Shown: positions 41,013-50,944, counted from the stretch's first letter. The stretch: 64,000 nt of DNA from an uncultured bacterium (GCA_937139415.1 CAKZPS010000055.1:2647-66646); one strand, 5' to 3'. The notes: generated from the letters alone by a model not told the origin. A program made the numbers and translations.

Positions 41013-41611
41013 AAGAAACTTTACGAAGTTTTATTGCTCTTGATTTTGACTCTCAAGCGAAGGATTTCTTAGACCATCTTCTCGCCGAATGGAAAAAACG
41101 TTATCCCCACGCCAAATGGGTAAAAAGAGAGCAATTTCATATTACGCTCTTTTTCTTTTCCGCTCTCCCTGTACAAAACGTTGACCAGATAGGAACCATC
41201 TTAAAGGAAACGACATCTCGTTTTATTCCTTTTCCGGTAACCTTTGAGGAAGTCGGTACCTTTCCTTCTTGGAATAGAGCACGGGTACTCTGGCTCGGCC
41301 TCGATAGAAAAGGTGAACAATACGCTCAACAGATACACGTTTTCCTTGCTCAGGGCTTAAAGAGAGCGAACATTGCATGGGAAGAAGAGAAAAGGAGTTT
41401 TATTCCCCACCTCACCTTAGTACGATTCCATCCCCCGGTGGCCCTTTCGGCTTCTCAATGGAAATTAGAAACTGTCCTACCATCTTGTATGCAAAGAATG
41501 GTATTATTTCAGAGTACCCTAACACCTCGAGGTCCAATCTATCAGGAACTTTTTTCCTGTAATCTTGAAGGAGTGGATAGAAGTGAGCGACGTGAAGAGA
41601 GTTCAGAGTGA
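41009..41611 (+). CDS. thpR: RNA 2',3'-cyclic phosphodiesterase ThpR/LigT (2H phosphoesterase)
   Basis: Two HxT motifs ([14 protein letters not shown]). Sits between cinA and recA. Confidence 0.85.
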   Translation: MKETLRSFIALDFDSQAKDFLDHLLAEWKKRYPHAKWVKREQFHITLFFFSALPVQNVDQIGTILKETTSRFIPFPVTFEEVGTFPSWNRARVLWLGLDRKGEQYAQQIHVFLAQGLKRANIAWEEEKRSFIPHLTLVRFHPPVALSASQWKLETVLPSCMQRMVLFQSTLTPRGPIYQELFSCNLEGVDRSERREESSE

Positions 41612-42614
41612 TCGAGAAGAAACTTTACGTCAAGCGATCGGTCTCATAGAGAGGAAATATGGTCGTGGTGCTATTATGTTCCTTTCACAGAATGTCTTGG
41701 CTACCGATGTAGAAGTTATCAAAACCGGTTCCATACTGCTCAATATCGCATTAGGTGTAGGTGGGCTTCCCCGCGGGAGAATTGTGGAAATATTCGGCCC
41801 AGAAGCCTCCGGAAAGACCACCATTGCGCTTCATATCATTGCTGAAGCACAGAAAAAAGGGGGGCTCGCCGTTTTTATCGATGCCGAACACGCCCTCGAC
41901 CCAGTGTATGCAGGTAAAATTGGCGTGCAAACCGATAAGCTTTTAATTTCTCAACCTACCACCGCCGAAGAAGCCTTGGATATCATCGATGCCTTAGTGC
42001 GAAGCGGTAGTGTCGATGTGGTCGTCCTCGATTCGGTAGCAGCGATGGTCCCAAGCACAGAACTTGAGGGAGGCATTGGTGAGCCATCAGTAGGATTGCA
42101 AGCTCGCCTCATGTCGCAAGCTCTCCGGAGGCTCACCGGATACATTAGTAAAACGAAAACTGTGGTCATTTTTGTCAATCAATTGCGAGAAAAGATTGGT
42201 AATACCTACGGACCTTCGGAAACCACACCCGGAGGACGAGCACTCAAATTTTACGCTACAGTGAGATTGGACGTACGGAAGAAAGATTATCTCCGGACCG
42301 GTAGCGATGAGATTATTGGCGCGAAAACAAGAGTCAAAGTGGTCAAGAATAAGCTTGCTTCACCTTTTAAGGAAGCAGAGCTTGAAATTATTTATGGCGA
42401 GGGTATATCAAAGGAAGGAGAAATTCTCTCCTTAGGAGAAATCACGGGGGTTCTCAAAAAGTCGGGTAGTTGGTTCTCTTTTGAGGAATACCGTTTGGGC
42501 CAAGGAAGGGACTCAGTAAAGCAGTTCTTGAAGGAGAATCCCCAAGTGGGAGAAAAGATTCTCCTTGCCGCTTTGGAAAAAATGGGGGTCGATCCTAAAA
42601 TTGCCCTCGAGTAA
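41583..42614 (+). CDS. recA: Recombinase RecA
   Basis: GTG 41583 lies 9 nt after GAAGGAG. Walker [10 protein letters not shown] and RecA-wide homology. The ORF-track TTG 41565 is a possible alternative. Confidence 0.95.
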   Translation: MSDVKRVQSDREETLRQAIGLIERKYGRGAIMFLSQNVLATDVEVIKTGSILLNIALGVGGLPRGRIVEIFGPEASGKTTIALHIIAEAQKKGGLAVFIDAEHALDPVYAGKIGVQTDKLLISQPTTAEEALDIIDALVRSGSVDVVVLDSVAAMVPSTELEGGIGEPSVGLQARLMSQALRRLTGYISKTKTVVIFVNQLREKIGNTYGPSETTPGGRALKFYATVRLDVRKKDYLRTGSDEIIGAKTRVKVVKNKLASPFKEAELEIIYGEGISKEGEILSLGEITGVLKKSGSWFSFEEYRLGQGRDSVKQFLKENPQVGEKILLAALEKMGVDPKIALE

Positions 42615-42615
42615 C

Positions 42616-43062
42616 ATGGAAGAGGCACTCAAAAGAAGTTTTCGTTATCTCAGTAGGAAGATGTACACGGTGGAGGAGCTTTCGGAAAAACTCAGGAGGG
42701 ATGGTTTTCCCCCCGAGGTGGTTGAGGAAACGGCACTTTTTCTCCAGGATAAAGGATACCTCAACGACCAAGAGTATATAAGAACGTATTTAGAAAGCAT
42801 AAAAAGCCATAGACCGAAAGGATTCTTTGCCATTCGTGATGAATTGCGTCGAAAGGGGATTCCTGCCTCGCAACTCTCTTCTCTGCGAGAGGAATTTTAT
42901 CCCCTCGAAGAAGAGCTCAAAGATGCTCTGACCATCCTTGAACGGGAGCGAGAGAGGAATATCAATGATCTCGAAAAACTGCGTCAAAAACTTACCCGCC
43001 GAGGGTTCACTTGGGAAGTCATTGAGAGAGCCTTATTGCATTGGGAAGAAGACCGTCCTTGA
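42616..43062 (+). CDS. recX: RecA regulator RecX
   Basis: 148 aa from ATG 42616, 1 nt after the recA stop. Three-repeat helical RecX-like sequence (YLSRKMYTVEELSEKL...YLNDQEY). Confidence 0.8.
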   Translation: MEEALKRSFRYLSRKMYTVEELSEKLRRDGFPPEVVEETALFLQDKGYLNDQEYIRTYLESIKSHRPKGFFAIRDELRRKGIPASQLSSLREEFYPLEEELKDALTILERERERNINDLEKLRQKLTRRGFTWEVIERALLHWEEDRP

Positions 43063-43087
43063 CTTGGTTTGAGGCTCCGATTAGAAT
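43059..43087 (+). promoter_or_regulatory. Candidate sigma70 promoter for rny (TTGACT-17-TAGAAT)
   Basis: TTGACT at 43059-43064 (overlapping the recX stop), an exact 17-nt spacer, then TAGAAT at 43082-43087. About 65 nt upstream of rny ATG 43152. Confidence 0.6.
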
Positions 43088-43151
43088 ATTCTTTAGCACT
43101 GCTTTTGCGAACCGTGAACATTGAAAAGTGAATAAGGGGTGAATCCAAGAT

Positions 43152-44681
43152 ATGGAGTTCATATATATATTAATCGGAATGGTAATAGGATTCGGAGCAG
43201 GGGCGGTTTTCATAACCCTGCAAGTTCGGAAGAAACGAGGAGATATCGAAGAGAGAACACGAGAAATTTTAGAAGAAGCGTGTAGACAAGCCGAAAATCT
43301 CAAGAAAGAAGCACTGCTCACCGCCAAAGAAGAACTATTGAAGGAAAAACAAGCTTTAGAGGAAGAGATGCAGGCGAAACGAAAGGAGTTGCAAAGCTTT
43401 GAATCAAGATTGCTGCGAAGAGAAGAAATCATAGAACGAAAATTAGAGCAAGTAGAGCGCTCGGAAAATGCTCTTCGTCGGTCACAAGAAGAAGTAGAGA
43501 GGATGAGAAAAGAAGTTGAGGCGATGAAAGCAAGAGAAGTAGAAGAGCTGTCAAGAATTGCCAAATTATCTTTGGAAGAAGCGCAAGAAGAATTACTACG
43601 TCGTGTCGAGAAAACCTTAGCATATGAAGTTGGATTAAAAATTAAGGAAGCAGAAGAAAAGGCCAAAAAGGAATCAGAAAAGGTAGCTCGTGAAATTGTT
43701 GTACAGAGTATCCAGCGCTATGCTGCAGATTTTACAGTAGAGAATACCATTTCGGTGGTGGGATTACCAAACGATGAAATGAAAGGGAGAATTATCGGTC
43801 GAGAGGGTCGGAACATCAGAACTTTCGAAATGATGACCGGAGTGGATCTCATCATTGATGATACACCAGAAGCAGTTATCATTTCTTGTTTTGATCCCAT
43901 CCGTCGTGAGATTGCGCGTATTGCCTTGGAGAAGCTGATCAACGATGGCCGTATTCATCCAGCGCGTATCGAAGAGTTAATCGAGAAAGCTAAGGCTCAC
44001 GTAGAAGAAAAAATTCTCCAAGAAGGGGAACAAGCGCTCTTCGATACCGGCATAAAGGGGGTAAATTCCGAACTGGTCAAGCTTCTCGGGAAGCTCTATT
44101 TCCGAAGTAGCTACGGTCAAAATGTCTTACAGCATTCTAAGGAAGTGGCTCACTTTGCAGGGTTAATGGCGTGGGAATTGGGTCTCAATGCCAATATTGC
44201 CAAAAGGGCAGGTTTGCTCCACGATATTGGAAAGGCTTTAGATCACGAGGTTGAAGGTCCTCACGCAGAAATCGGAGCAAAGTTAGCCGGTAAGTACGGA
44301 GAACGATGGGAAATTGTTCATGCCATTGAAGCGCATCACGGAGATATTGAGCCAGCTACGGTAGAAGCAGTATTAATTCAAGCCGCAGATGCCATTTCTG
44401 CCTCGCGACCCGGGGCGCGAAGAGAGGGTTTGGAATCGTATATTAAGAGATTAGAGAAGTTGGAAAAGATTGCCGATTCTTTCGAGGGAGTCGAAAAGTC
44501 TTATGCCATTCAAGCCGGCCGTGAGATCCGGATTATTGTGAAGCCGGATCGTATCGATGACTCTGGCGCAGCAAAGTTGGCATACGAGATATCGAGAAAA
44601 ATTGAAGAAGAATTGGAATATCCCGGTCAAATCAAGGTAACGGTAGTGCGAGAGACAAGATCAGTAGGATATGCCCGATAG
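43152..44681 (+). CDS. rny: Ribonuclease Y
   Basis: N-terminal TM helix, E/K-rich coiled coil, KH ([12 protein letters not shown]), and HD domain (HDIGK...HHGD). Confidence 0.95.
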   Translation: MEFIYILIGMVIGFGAGAVFITLQVRKKRGDIEERTREILEEACRQAENLKKEALLTAKEELLKEKQALEEEMQAKRKELQSFESRLLRREEIIERKLEQVERSENALRRSQEEVERMRKEVEAMKAREVEELSRIAKLSLEEAQEELLRRVEKTLAYEVGLKIKEAEEKAKKESEKVAREIVVQSIQRYAADFTVENTISVVGLPNDEMKGRIIGREGRNIRTFEMMTGVDLIIDDTPEAVIISCFDPIRREIARIALEKLINDGRIHPARIEELIEKAKAHVEEKILQEGEQALFDTGIKGVNSELVKLLGKLYFRSSYGQNVLQHSKEVAHFAGLMAWELGLNANIAKRAGLLHDIGKALDHEVEGPHAEIGAKLAGKYGERWEIVHAIEAHHGDIEPATVEAVLIQAADAISASRPGARREGLESYIKRLEKLEKIADSFEGVEKSYAIQAGREIRIIVKPDRIDDSGAAKLAYEISRKIEEELEYPGQIKVTVVRETRSVGYAR

Positions 44682-44697
44682 AAACAGGAGGATGCAC

Positions 44698-45537
44698 TTG
44701 AGATTTCTGATTGTAGGTGACGTGGTAGGGAAACCGGGGCGGAAAATTCTCCAGGCAAAAATAGACCGAATTCGGCAAGGATTTCACATCGATGCTGTAA
44801 TCGTTAACGGAGAAAATGCGGCAGGAGGTATGGGAATTACTCCAGAAGTATGCGATGAGATTCTGGCTTTAGGAGTCGATGTGATTACCACCGGTAATCA
44901 CGTTTGGGATAAAAAAGAAATCTTAGGATACATCAATCAACAACCGAGATTATTGCGGCCACTGAATTATCCTGAGGGAGTTCCAGGAAGGGGGTCGATG
45001 CTCCTTGAGTTTAAAGAGAGAAAGTGGGCGGTGATTAACCTAAGTGGTCGCGTGTTTATGTCCCCCTTAGATTGTCCTTTCCAAAAGGTGAATCAGGAAG
45101 TCGAATATCTCAAGCAATTTACCAACACCATTTTGGTCGATTTTCATGCCGAAGCATCCTCAGAAAAAATTGCTATGGGATGGTTCTTGGATGGAAAAGT
45201 GTCTTGTGTCTTTGGAACCCACACCCATGTTGCCACGGCGGATGAAAGAATCCTTCCTCAAGGGACGGCGTATATCACCGATATTGGTATGACCGGTTCT
45301 CAAGATTCAGTAATCGGAATAGAGGTCTTCGAGATTATTCAACGTTTTCTCACTCAAATGCCTTTTCGATACCGGGTGGCGAAGGAAAACTTATGGCTTA
45401 ACGGTGTAATAGTAGATACCGACGATGTGAGTGGCAAAGCTTTGAGTATCTTTCGTATCTCTATCCCATTCGAAGAAGAAACTCGAGTACAAGGAGGAAT
45501 AGAAAATGGACGTCTTAAAGGTATCTTCGAAGTCTAA
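44698..45537 (+). CDS. ymdB: YmdB-family metallophosphoesterase (2',3'-cyclic nucleotide phosphodiesterase)
   Basis: GDVVGKPGR, GENAAGG, GNHVWD, DFHAEASSEK and GTHTHV motifs. TTG 44698 lies 6 nt after AGGAGG and gives an MRFLIVGDVVG N-terminus. In-frame ATGs at 44692 and 44671 are alternatives. Confidence 0.88.
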   Translation: MRFLIVGDVVGKPGRKILQAKIDRIRQGFHIDAVIVNGENAAGGMGITPEVCDEILALGVDVITTGNHVWDKKEILGYINQQPRLLRPLNYPEGVPGRGSMLLEFKERKWAVINLSGRVFMSPLDCPFQKVNQEVEYLKQFTNTILVDFHAEASSEKIAMGWFLDGKVSCVFGTHTHVATADERILPQGTAYITDIGMTGSQDSVIGIEVFEIIQRFLTQMPFRYRVAKENLWLNGVIVDTDDVSGKALSIFRISIPFEEETRVQGGIENGRLKGIFEV

Positions 45538-45772
45538 CCCCAACGCCGTAGCTGGTGCATTGGCCGGTGCAATTAGAGAAAAAGGTGTTGCCGAAATTCA
45601 AGCCGTAGGAGCAGGGGCTGTAAACCAAGCTATAAAAGCAATTGCCATTGCTCGAGGGTATGTCGCGCCAAGCGGTATTGATCTTGTGTGTATTCCTGCC
45701 TTTACCGATATCACCATTGATGGAGAAGAACGTACCGCTATTAAACTCATTGTAAAACCTCGTAATGATTAA
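45506..45772 (+). CDS. spoVS: SpoVS-family protein
   Basis: 88 aa, LKVSSKSNPNAVAGALAGAIRE...AVGAGAVNQAIKAIAIARGY is the SpoVS signature. Overlaps the ymdB end by 32 nt. Confidence 0.9.
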   Translation: MDVLKVSSKSNPNAVAGALAGAIREKGVAEIQAVGAGAVNQAIKAIAIARGYVAPSGIDLVCIPAFTDITIDGEERTAIKLIVKPRND

Positions 45773-45792
45773 AGAGAGTAAGGAATCTTTAT

Positions 45793-45833
45793 GAAAAGCC
45801 TGCTTTACAGATAAAGCAGGCTTTTCATTTTTC
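45793..45833 (+). terminator. Rho-independent terminator after spoVS
   Basis: 14-bp perfect stem gaaaagcctgcttt / aaagcaggcttttc with loop acagat, followed by atttttc. Confidence 0.85.
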
Positions 45834-45881
45834 GTAAGGAATAAGCGAGAAAATACGGTGTTTTTTCTTGAGGGAAACGGT

Positions 45882-47264
45882 ATGCAGAGAAAATTTTCTT
45901 TTGCCATCACTACTTTTGGCTGCCAAATGAATAAGAGTCGTTCTGAGCATCTTGCTTATCTTTTGAGTAGCCATGGTTTTATTCCTTCTTCTCAAAAAGA
46001 GGAAGCCGATATTTTAATCTTTAACACCTGCGCCGTACGAGAACACGCCGTAGAAAGAGCTATCCACCATATTCACCAGACTGTGGAGCAACTTTCTTTG
46101 CAACGTGCAACTTCCCCCATCGTGGTGGTATGTGGATGCATGAGTGAACTTCTCAGAGAAAAACTCTCCCGAAAGCTTCCTTTCGTGACCATATTGGTGG
46201 GAACGAGTGGATGGGACAAGCTCCCTTCTCTCATTCAAGAAACACTCGTAGAAAGAGAAACCTCCTGCTTTTTCCCTCAAGAAGATTCTGCCCCATTTTT
46301 GGAGAGTGGATACCTCCATGGGGATAAAATCTCCGCTTATCTCCCCATTACCTATGGATGCGACAATTTTTGCAGTTACTGTGTCGTCCCTTACGTCACC
46401 GGAAGACAGAGGAGTAAACCGATGGACTTGATCCTCCAAGAATTTCAAAACATTCTCGCTCAAGGATTTCGGGAAATCATTCTCTTGGGTCAGAATGTGA
46501 ATAGTTATGGGAGAGATTTCGGAGAAGAACGTGCCTTTGAAAAGCTTCTTGAGACTCTGGAACAGCGCTTTGGAGAGCAAAAAATTTGGGTCCGTTTCAT
46601 TACCTCCCATCCTAAGGACATGCGGAAGAGTATCATTGGCATGGTGAGGGAAAGTTCTATTTTTTGTGCTTATTTTCACCTCCCTTTGCAAGCCGGTTCG
46701 GATAAAATTCTCGCTCTCATGAACCGGAAGTACACCCAAAGAGAGTATCTGCACCTTGTCGCCTTGATTCGCGAAACATTCCCTGAGGGCGGCATCGGAA
46801 CAGATATCATTGTGGGTTTTCCCGGTGAAACCGAAGATGACTTCCAAGAAACACTTCACGTTGTTCGAAAAGCCCAGTTTGATATTGCCTACACCTATGT
46901 GTATTCACCCCGACCACACACTCGTGCTGCCACCTTGGTAGACGATGTCCCCTTGAAGGTAAAAAAAGAACGACTCTCTCTTTTGAATAGCGTACTCAGG
47001 GAAGTGTACCTTGAGCGAGTGAGGTGCAGGCTCCATACCGAAACCACGGTCTTACTCGACGAAGAAGATGACTCCTTTTTTCATGGTCATACTGCAAGCA
47101 ACCTCAGAGTATATATTCGCAAGAGAGAAGGCTACCAAATCGGGGCATTCGTTCCTGTGAAACTTCGCGCTTTACAGGGAACGAAGGTTGAAGGTGAGAT
47201 TGTAGGAGTCCGCTATGAAGATTCCCAAACTGCTCTGTCTTGTCGGTCCGACGGGAAGCGGTAA
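45882..47264 (+). CDS. miaB: tRNA-2-methylthio-N6-dimethylallyladenosine synthase MiaB
   Basis: N-terminus TFGCQMNKSRSE, radical-SAM CDNFCSYC, and a TRAM C-terminus. ATG 45882 is preferred over the ORF-track 45858. Confidence 0.9.
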   Translation: MQRKFSFAITTFGCQMNKSRSEHLAYLLSSHGFIPSSQKEEADILIFNTCAVREHAVERAIHHIHQTVEQLSLQRATSPIVVVCGCMSELLREKLSRKLPFVTILVGTSGWDKLPSLIQETLVERETSCFFPQEDSAPFLESGYLHGDKISAYLPITYGCDNFCSYCVVPYVTGRQRSKPMDLILQEFQNILAQGFREIILLGQNVNSYGRDFGEERAFEKLLETLEQRFGEQKIWVRFITSHPKDMRKSIIGMVRESSIFCAYFHLPLQAGSDKILALMNRKYTQREYLHLVALIRETFPEGGIGTDIIVGFPGETEDDFQETLHVVRKAQFDIAYTYVYSPRPHTRAATLVDDVPLKVKKERLSLLNSVLREVYLERVRCRLHTETTVLLDEEDDSFFHGHTASNLRVYIRKREGYQIGAFVPVKLRALQGTKVEGEIVGVRYEDSQTALSCRSDGKR

Positions 47265-48138
47265 AACCGAGCTCTCTCTGACCTTAGCAGAGCAAATCCC
47301 TCAGACGGAACTTATCTATGCCGACTCTTTAGCCGTATACCGTTACCTCGACGTGGGTACGGCGAAACCGTCTCGAGAGGCGAGGGAGAAAGTACCGCAT
47401 CACCTGGTTGATTTTTTAGATCCCTGCATGAGATGGAGTGCCTTTGCGTTCAAGCGTGAGGTGATGCAGTTAGTTCCGGAGATTACCTGGAGAGGAAACT
47501 TACCGGTTGTAGTCGGCGGGACCGCTTTTTACTTGCAATCCCTGTGGCAAGAACCACTCTTTGAGGGCATCCCCACTAATCGCAGCCTCCGCCTCTCTCT
47601 TGCGCATCTCTCCAGTGAAAAAATTTTTGCCCTCCTCAAGAGTATCGATCCATCGCGAGCACAAAAAATTGGTAAACACGATCGTCGGAGGCTCATCCGA
47701 GCCTTAGAAATATTTTTGGGGAGTGGTCACCTCCCTTCAGCCAAAAAGAAGAAAGCCCTCCCTCCTTTCACTCCTCTCTTCTTCGGCATCCATTGGGAGA
47801 AAGAGGTGCTCAAGAAACGGATCATAGAGCGGACAAAAAATATGTTTCGCCAAGGTTTGGTAGAAGAGGTGGAAGCACTCTTTGCGCGAGGGTACACCTT
47901 TCCCTTACCGGCCTTAGAAAATTTTACCTACCTTCCGGTGGTTGAACTCCTCTACGGGAAAATTACTGCAAATGAAGCGAAAGAGCGCATTGTGAAGGGG
48001 ACTCTCCTCTTTGTGAAGCGACAGATGAACTGGTTTCGGAAATGGCCCATCACTTGGTTCTGTGGTGAGCATTCCTCTTGGGAAAACATGAGCAGGGAAA
48101 TATACCTTTCCCTGGAGAAACAAGGAATCTGGGGGTGA
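47215..48138 (+). CDS. miaA: tRNA dimethylallyltransferase MiaA
   Basis: P-loop GPTGSGKT and MiaA-wide homology. Overlaps the miaB end by 50 nt. Confidence 0.92.
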   Translation: MKIPKLLCLVGPTGSGKTELSLTLAEQIPQTELIYADSLAVYRYLDVGTAKPSREAREKVPHHLVDFLDPCMRWSAFAFKREVMQLVPEITWRGNLPVVVGGTAFYLQSLWQEPLFEGIPTNRSLRLSLAHLSSEKIFALLKSIDPSRAQKIGKHDRRRLIRALEIFLGSGHLPSAKKKKALPPFTPLFFGIHWEKEVLKKRIIERTKNMFRQGLVEEVEALFARGYTFPLPALENFTYLPVVELLYGKITANEAKERIVKGTLLFVKRQMNWFRKWPITWFCGEHSSWENMSREIYLSLEKQGIWG

Positions 48139-48142
48139 AGAC

Positions 48143-48436
48143 ATGGAAGAAGCTTCTCGGGGGACAACACCAGGGCTCATCAAGGACCTGGGATTTTACT
48201 TTCTCAATCTCCTTTCGGCAAAAGCTTGGCAGTATTTAGGTCTTATGGTACATCCGGAAAATGGGGAAATAGTGGTGGACATCGAAGAAGCGCGCAAGGC
48301 GATTGACTTGTACTCGATCATCTTAGAGAGCTTAAGAAAGGACTTAGAAAAAGAGGAATTGCGACAATTGGAGATTCACCTCTCTAACTTGCAACTCAAC
48401 TTTGTAGAGAAAATGAACGAACTCGCCAAGGGATAA
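48143..48436 (+). CDS. DUF1844 domain protein
   Basis: 97 aa. The pattern FLNLLSAKAWQYLGL...NGEIVVDIEEARKAIDLYSIILESLRKDL...EELRQLEIHLSNLQLNFVE fits my recollection of DUF1844. Starts 4 nt after miaA. Confidence 0.55.
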   Translation: MEEASRGTTPGLIKDLGFYFLNLLSAKAWQYLGLMVHPENGEIVVDIEEARKAIDLYSIILESLRKDLEKEELRQLEIHLSNLQLNFVEKMNELAKG

Positions 48437-48442
48437 GAGATC

Positions 48443-49432
48443 ATGAGGACTTTCCCGAAGATCGGTATGATCGGGATCGGAGGAATAGCAGCTTCTCATT
48501 GGCAAGCCTTGCAGAGAATCGGTGCTCCGGTTGTGGCGGTGATGAGTCGCAATCCCGAAAAGGGTTTGCCGGTAGCGGAGAAGTGGGGTGCAACGTATTG
48601 TTCCACGGTATCAGAATTGGTCAAAACCGGTGTTGAGGTGGTCATTGTCGCTACGCCTACCGAGAGTCACGCAGCAATTATTCATGCCTTGGTGAGAGAA
48701 GGGGTGAAGAGAATATTCTGCGAAAAGCCCCTCGCGAGAACCCTAAAAGAGGCGCGATCCGTGGAAGAAATATGCTGCGAGCAAGGGGTCTTCTTAGGGG
48801 TAGGGTATAAGATGAGATTTGAAACCGGCTTTCGCACCGCTAAGGAGTCCCTGGAGGAAGGAAAGATCGGATCGCTCCTCTTCCTCCATTGTAATTATTT
48901 CCAACCCACTCCGCCGCAACCTTGGTATCTCGAGAGTGGGGTGATTCGGGAAATACTGTCACACGTCATCGATTTAGGGAATTGGTTCCTCGGGGAGCCC
49001 GAGACGGTATTTTGTACGAGCTGGAATTTCCAAAGAGGAAGGGGTGAAGATCGAGCACACCTCGTGGTTACCTACAAGAATAACCTTACTGCCATCCTGA
49101 ACGGGGGATGGATTGCGAACTACCCGGAGCTGCCGGGAAGGCAACTCCGAAACATCGCTTTTCAGCTCGTTGGCGAGAAAGGGTACATGTGGGGAATTAG
49201 AGGGAAAATGGTGGCGATCTACCGGGAGGAAGGGGAGGAAATCTTAGAAGTTCACTCCGTTGATGCCATAGAGGCAGAGCTCAGAGCCTTTTTAGAAGCG
49301 ATGAGCGAAGAGCAACAACCGCCCGTAGGGCTCCGCGAGGGATTGATGGCGCAAAGCGTCATTGAAGCGGCGCTTCGATCTGCCCAAGAGAGATGTACGG
49401 TGGATATCAATGAACACTACCGTGACTCCTGA
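48443..49432 (+). CDS. Gfo/Idh/MocA-family NAD(P)-dependent oxidoreductase
   Basis: N-terminal Rossmann motif IGMIGIGGIA, the EKP motif (FCEKPLA), and a C-terminal alpha/beta domain. Confidence 0.8.
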   Translation: MRTFPKIGMIGIGGIAASHWQALQRIGAPVVAVMSRNPEKGLPVAEKWGATYCSTVSELVKTGVEVVIVATPTESHAAIIHALVREGVKRIFCEKPLARTLKEARSVEEICCEQGVFLGVGYKMRFETGFRTAKESLEEGKIGSLLFLHCNYFQPTPPQPWYLESGVIREILSHVIDLGNWFLGEPETVFCTSWNFQRGRGEDRAHLVVTYKNNLTAILNGGWIANYPELPGRQLRNIAFQLVGEKGYMWGIRGKMVAIYREEGEEILEVHSVDAIEAELRAFLEAMSEEQQPPVGLREGLMAQSVIEAALRSAQERCTVDINEHYRDS

Positions 49433-49692
49433 GGGATTTCCTCCAAGAGTTGCCACTCGGCGTACCCGTTTTTAGGATGGACTACTCTTTGTCCCATCAA
49501 AGTGAGGCGGTCGATGGTCGGATGGGTTTTGAGGGTGATGTACGCTCTTACCAGATTAGCAATGGTTGCCTCTTGGAAAACAAGCGTCGTCCCGTCGGCG
49601 AGGACGAGAGTGGTACGGATATGGTGATGGTTTTCGGGTACTTCCAGAGTGACCTCTTTTACGTCTTCATTTCTTACCATCCACTTCGACAT
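49417..49692 (-). CDS. Hypothetical 91-aa protein (no family recognised)
   Basis: ATG is preceded by AAGGGGGA at about 7 nt spacing. Balanced, non-repetitive composition. Occupies the only space between the oxidoreductase and mutY. The opposite-strand ORF looks like nonsense. Confidence 0.5.
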   Translation of the reverse strand: MSKWMVRNEDVKEVTLEVPENHHHIRTTLVLADGTTLVFQEATIANLVRAYITLKTHPTIDRLTLMGQRVVHPKNGYAEWQLLEEIPQESR

Positions 49693-49733
49693 TCTCTATC
49701 CCCCTTTTTCTTTCCATTATATCCGGAGAGGAT

Positions 49734-50906
49734 ATGGTCTTGAAGAAGCCTTTTGCGCCTTTTCTCATTGAGTGGTTTGAAGAGCACGGCCGTCACCTCC
49801 CTTGGCGGGTAGAGTATACCTCGTACCGAGTTTGGATTGCGGAACTCATGCTGTGCCAAACCCGAGTATCGCGGGTGATCCCTCGTTACCTCGAGTGGAT
49901 GGAGCGCTTCCCAAATCTCTTTTCTCTTACCCGTGCTCCCTTAGAAGAACTCCTCTTCCTCTGGAGGGGTTTAGGATACTACGCCCGTCCGCACCATATC
50001 CATAGAACTGCCCATCTCTTGGTAGAGAAGTTTCAAGGGGAGTTCCCCCAGGATTACCAAACCCTGGTCACTCTTCCCGGCATCGGCCAATACGTGGCCG
50101 GCGCTATCTTAGCCATCGCTTACAATTTGCCGTATCCGGCCATTGACGGTAACGTGAAACGGGTTTTTGCCCGTCTCTATGACCTCTCCTTTCCTCTTGA
50201 GAAGGGAAAGGGGCAGAAGTTCCTCTTTCGATTGGTCAGTTCTCGTCTCCTCCAAGAGAACGCACGTTCTTTCACCCAGGGACTCATGGATCTCGGAGCT
50301 ATGGTCTGTACTCCTCGCCAACCAAACTGTGGACAATGTCCCCTCAAGCAATGGTGTCTTGCCTGTGCGCAGGGAACCCAAGAGTATCGCCCGGTACGTA
50401 TCTCTTACAATCGCAGAGAAACAGAGATCACCATGTTCCTCATCCATCACCAAGGGATGATTTTGATTCGCCAACGCTTAAAAGAACGTTTCCTCCCCAA
50501 TTTGTGGGAAATTCCCTGGCAAGAGAGTGGATCACCTGAAACACTCTATGAGACAGTAAAAGAGTTTACCGGGGAGCTGACCGAGGTACAGAAAATAGGA
50601 GAATTTTCCCATCATTACTGTAATCGCCTCGCTACCGTCCACCTGTACTGGGGTAATGCCAAGACTATCCGCCCCACGGATTCTTCTCCCTACCGTTGGG
50701 AAACAATCGCCGCTCTAAAAAACCGTCCTTTTTCCTCTCTCCACGAGAAGGCGCTACGCATGGGGGAACATTTCTTCTTTAGCCAATTCGATGGCGGAAA
50801 CCGGGGCAATATGGGAGGGCTTAGCATCATGGAGAACGGTGAAGGACAAGAGTTGCCGCAAGGGGAATCCCGGGCTGAGGGGATTTTTCTGCACTTTCCT
50901 CGGTGA
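49734..50906 (+). CDS. mutY: A/G-specific adenine DNA glycosylase MutY
   Basis: HhH-GPD (LPGIGQYVAGAI), Fe-S motif CX6CX2CX5C (CTPRQPNCGQCPLKQWC), and a C-terminal NUDIX-like domain. SD GGAGAGG lies upstream. Confidence 0.9.
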   Translation: MVLKKPFAPFLIEWFEEHGRHLPWRVEYTSYRVWIAELMLCQTRVSRVIPRYLEWMERFPNLFSLTRAPLEELLFLWRGLGYYARPHHIHRTAHLLVEKFQGEFPQDYQTLVTLPGIGQYVAGAILAIAYNLPYPAIDGNVKRVFARLYDLSFPLEKGKGQKFLFRLVSSRLLQENARSFTQGLMDLGAMVCTPRQPNCGQCPLKQWCLACAQGTQEYRPVRISYNRRETEITMFLIHHQGMILIRQRLKERFLPNLWEIPWQESGSPETLYETVKEFTGELTEVQKIGEFSHHYCNRLATVHLYWGNAKTIRPTDSSPYRWETIAALKNRPFSSLHEKALRMGEHFFFSQFDGGNRGNMGGLSIMENGEGQELPQGESRAEGIFLHFPR

Positions 50907-50944
50907 GGGGAATATTGCACCTCTCGTTTGGTTAGTTAGGGTAT

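Noticed and set aside
43019-43666. 215-aa Ser/Leu-rich ORF antisense to the rny 5' region.
   Set aside because: It is the mirror of the Glu/Lys-rich (gaa/aag) coiled-coil coding region of RNase Y. The low-complexity product is typical of an antisense artefact.
45834-45881. Promoter for miaB in the 48 nt after the spoVS terminator (TTCGTA-17-TACGGT).
   Set aside because: Both hexamers match the consensus poorly (3 of 6 for the -10), so this is not reported as a feature. miaB may depend on terminator read-through or on a promoter I cannot recognise.
46014-46859. 281-aa ORF antisense to miaB.
   Set aside because: It lies entirely inside a strongly recognisable miaB reading frame. It has no recognisable motifs and no SD. 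It is most simply explained as a chance stop-free antisense frame.
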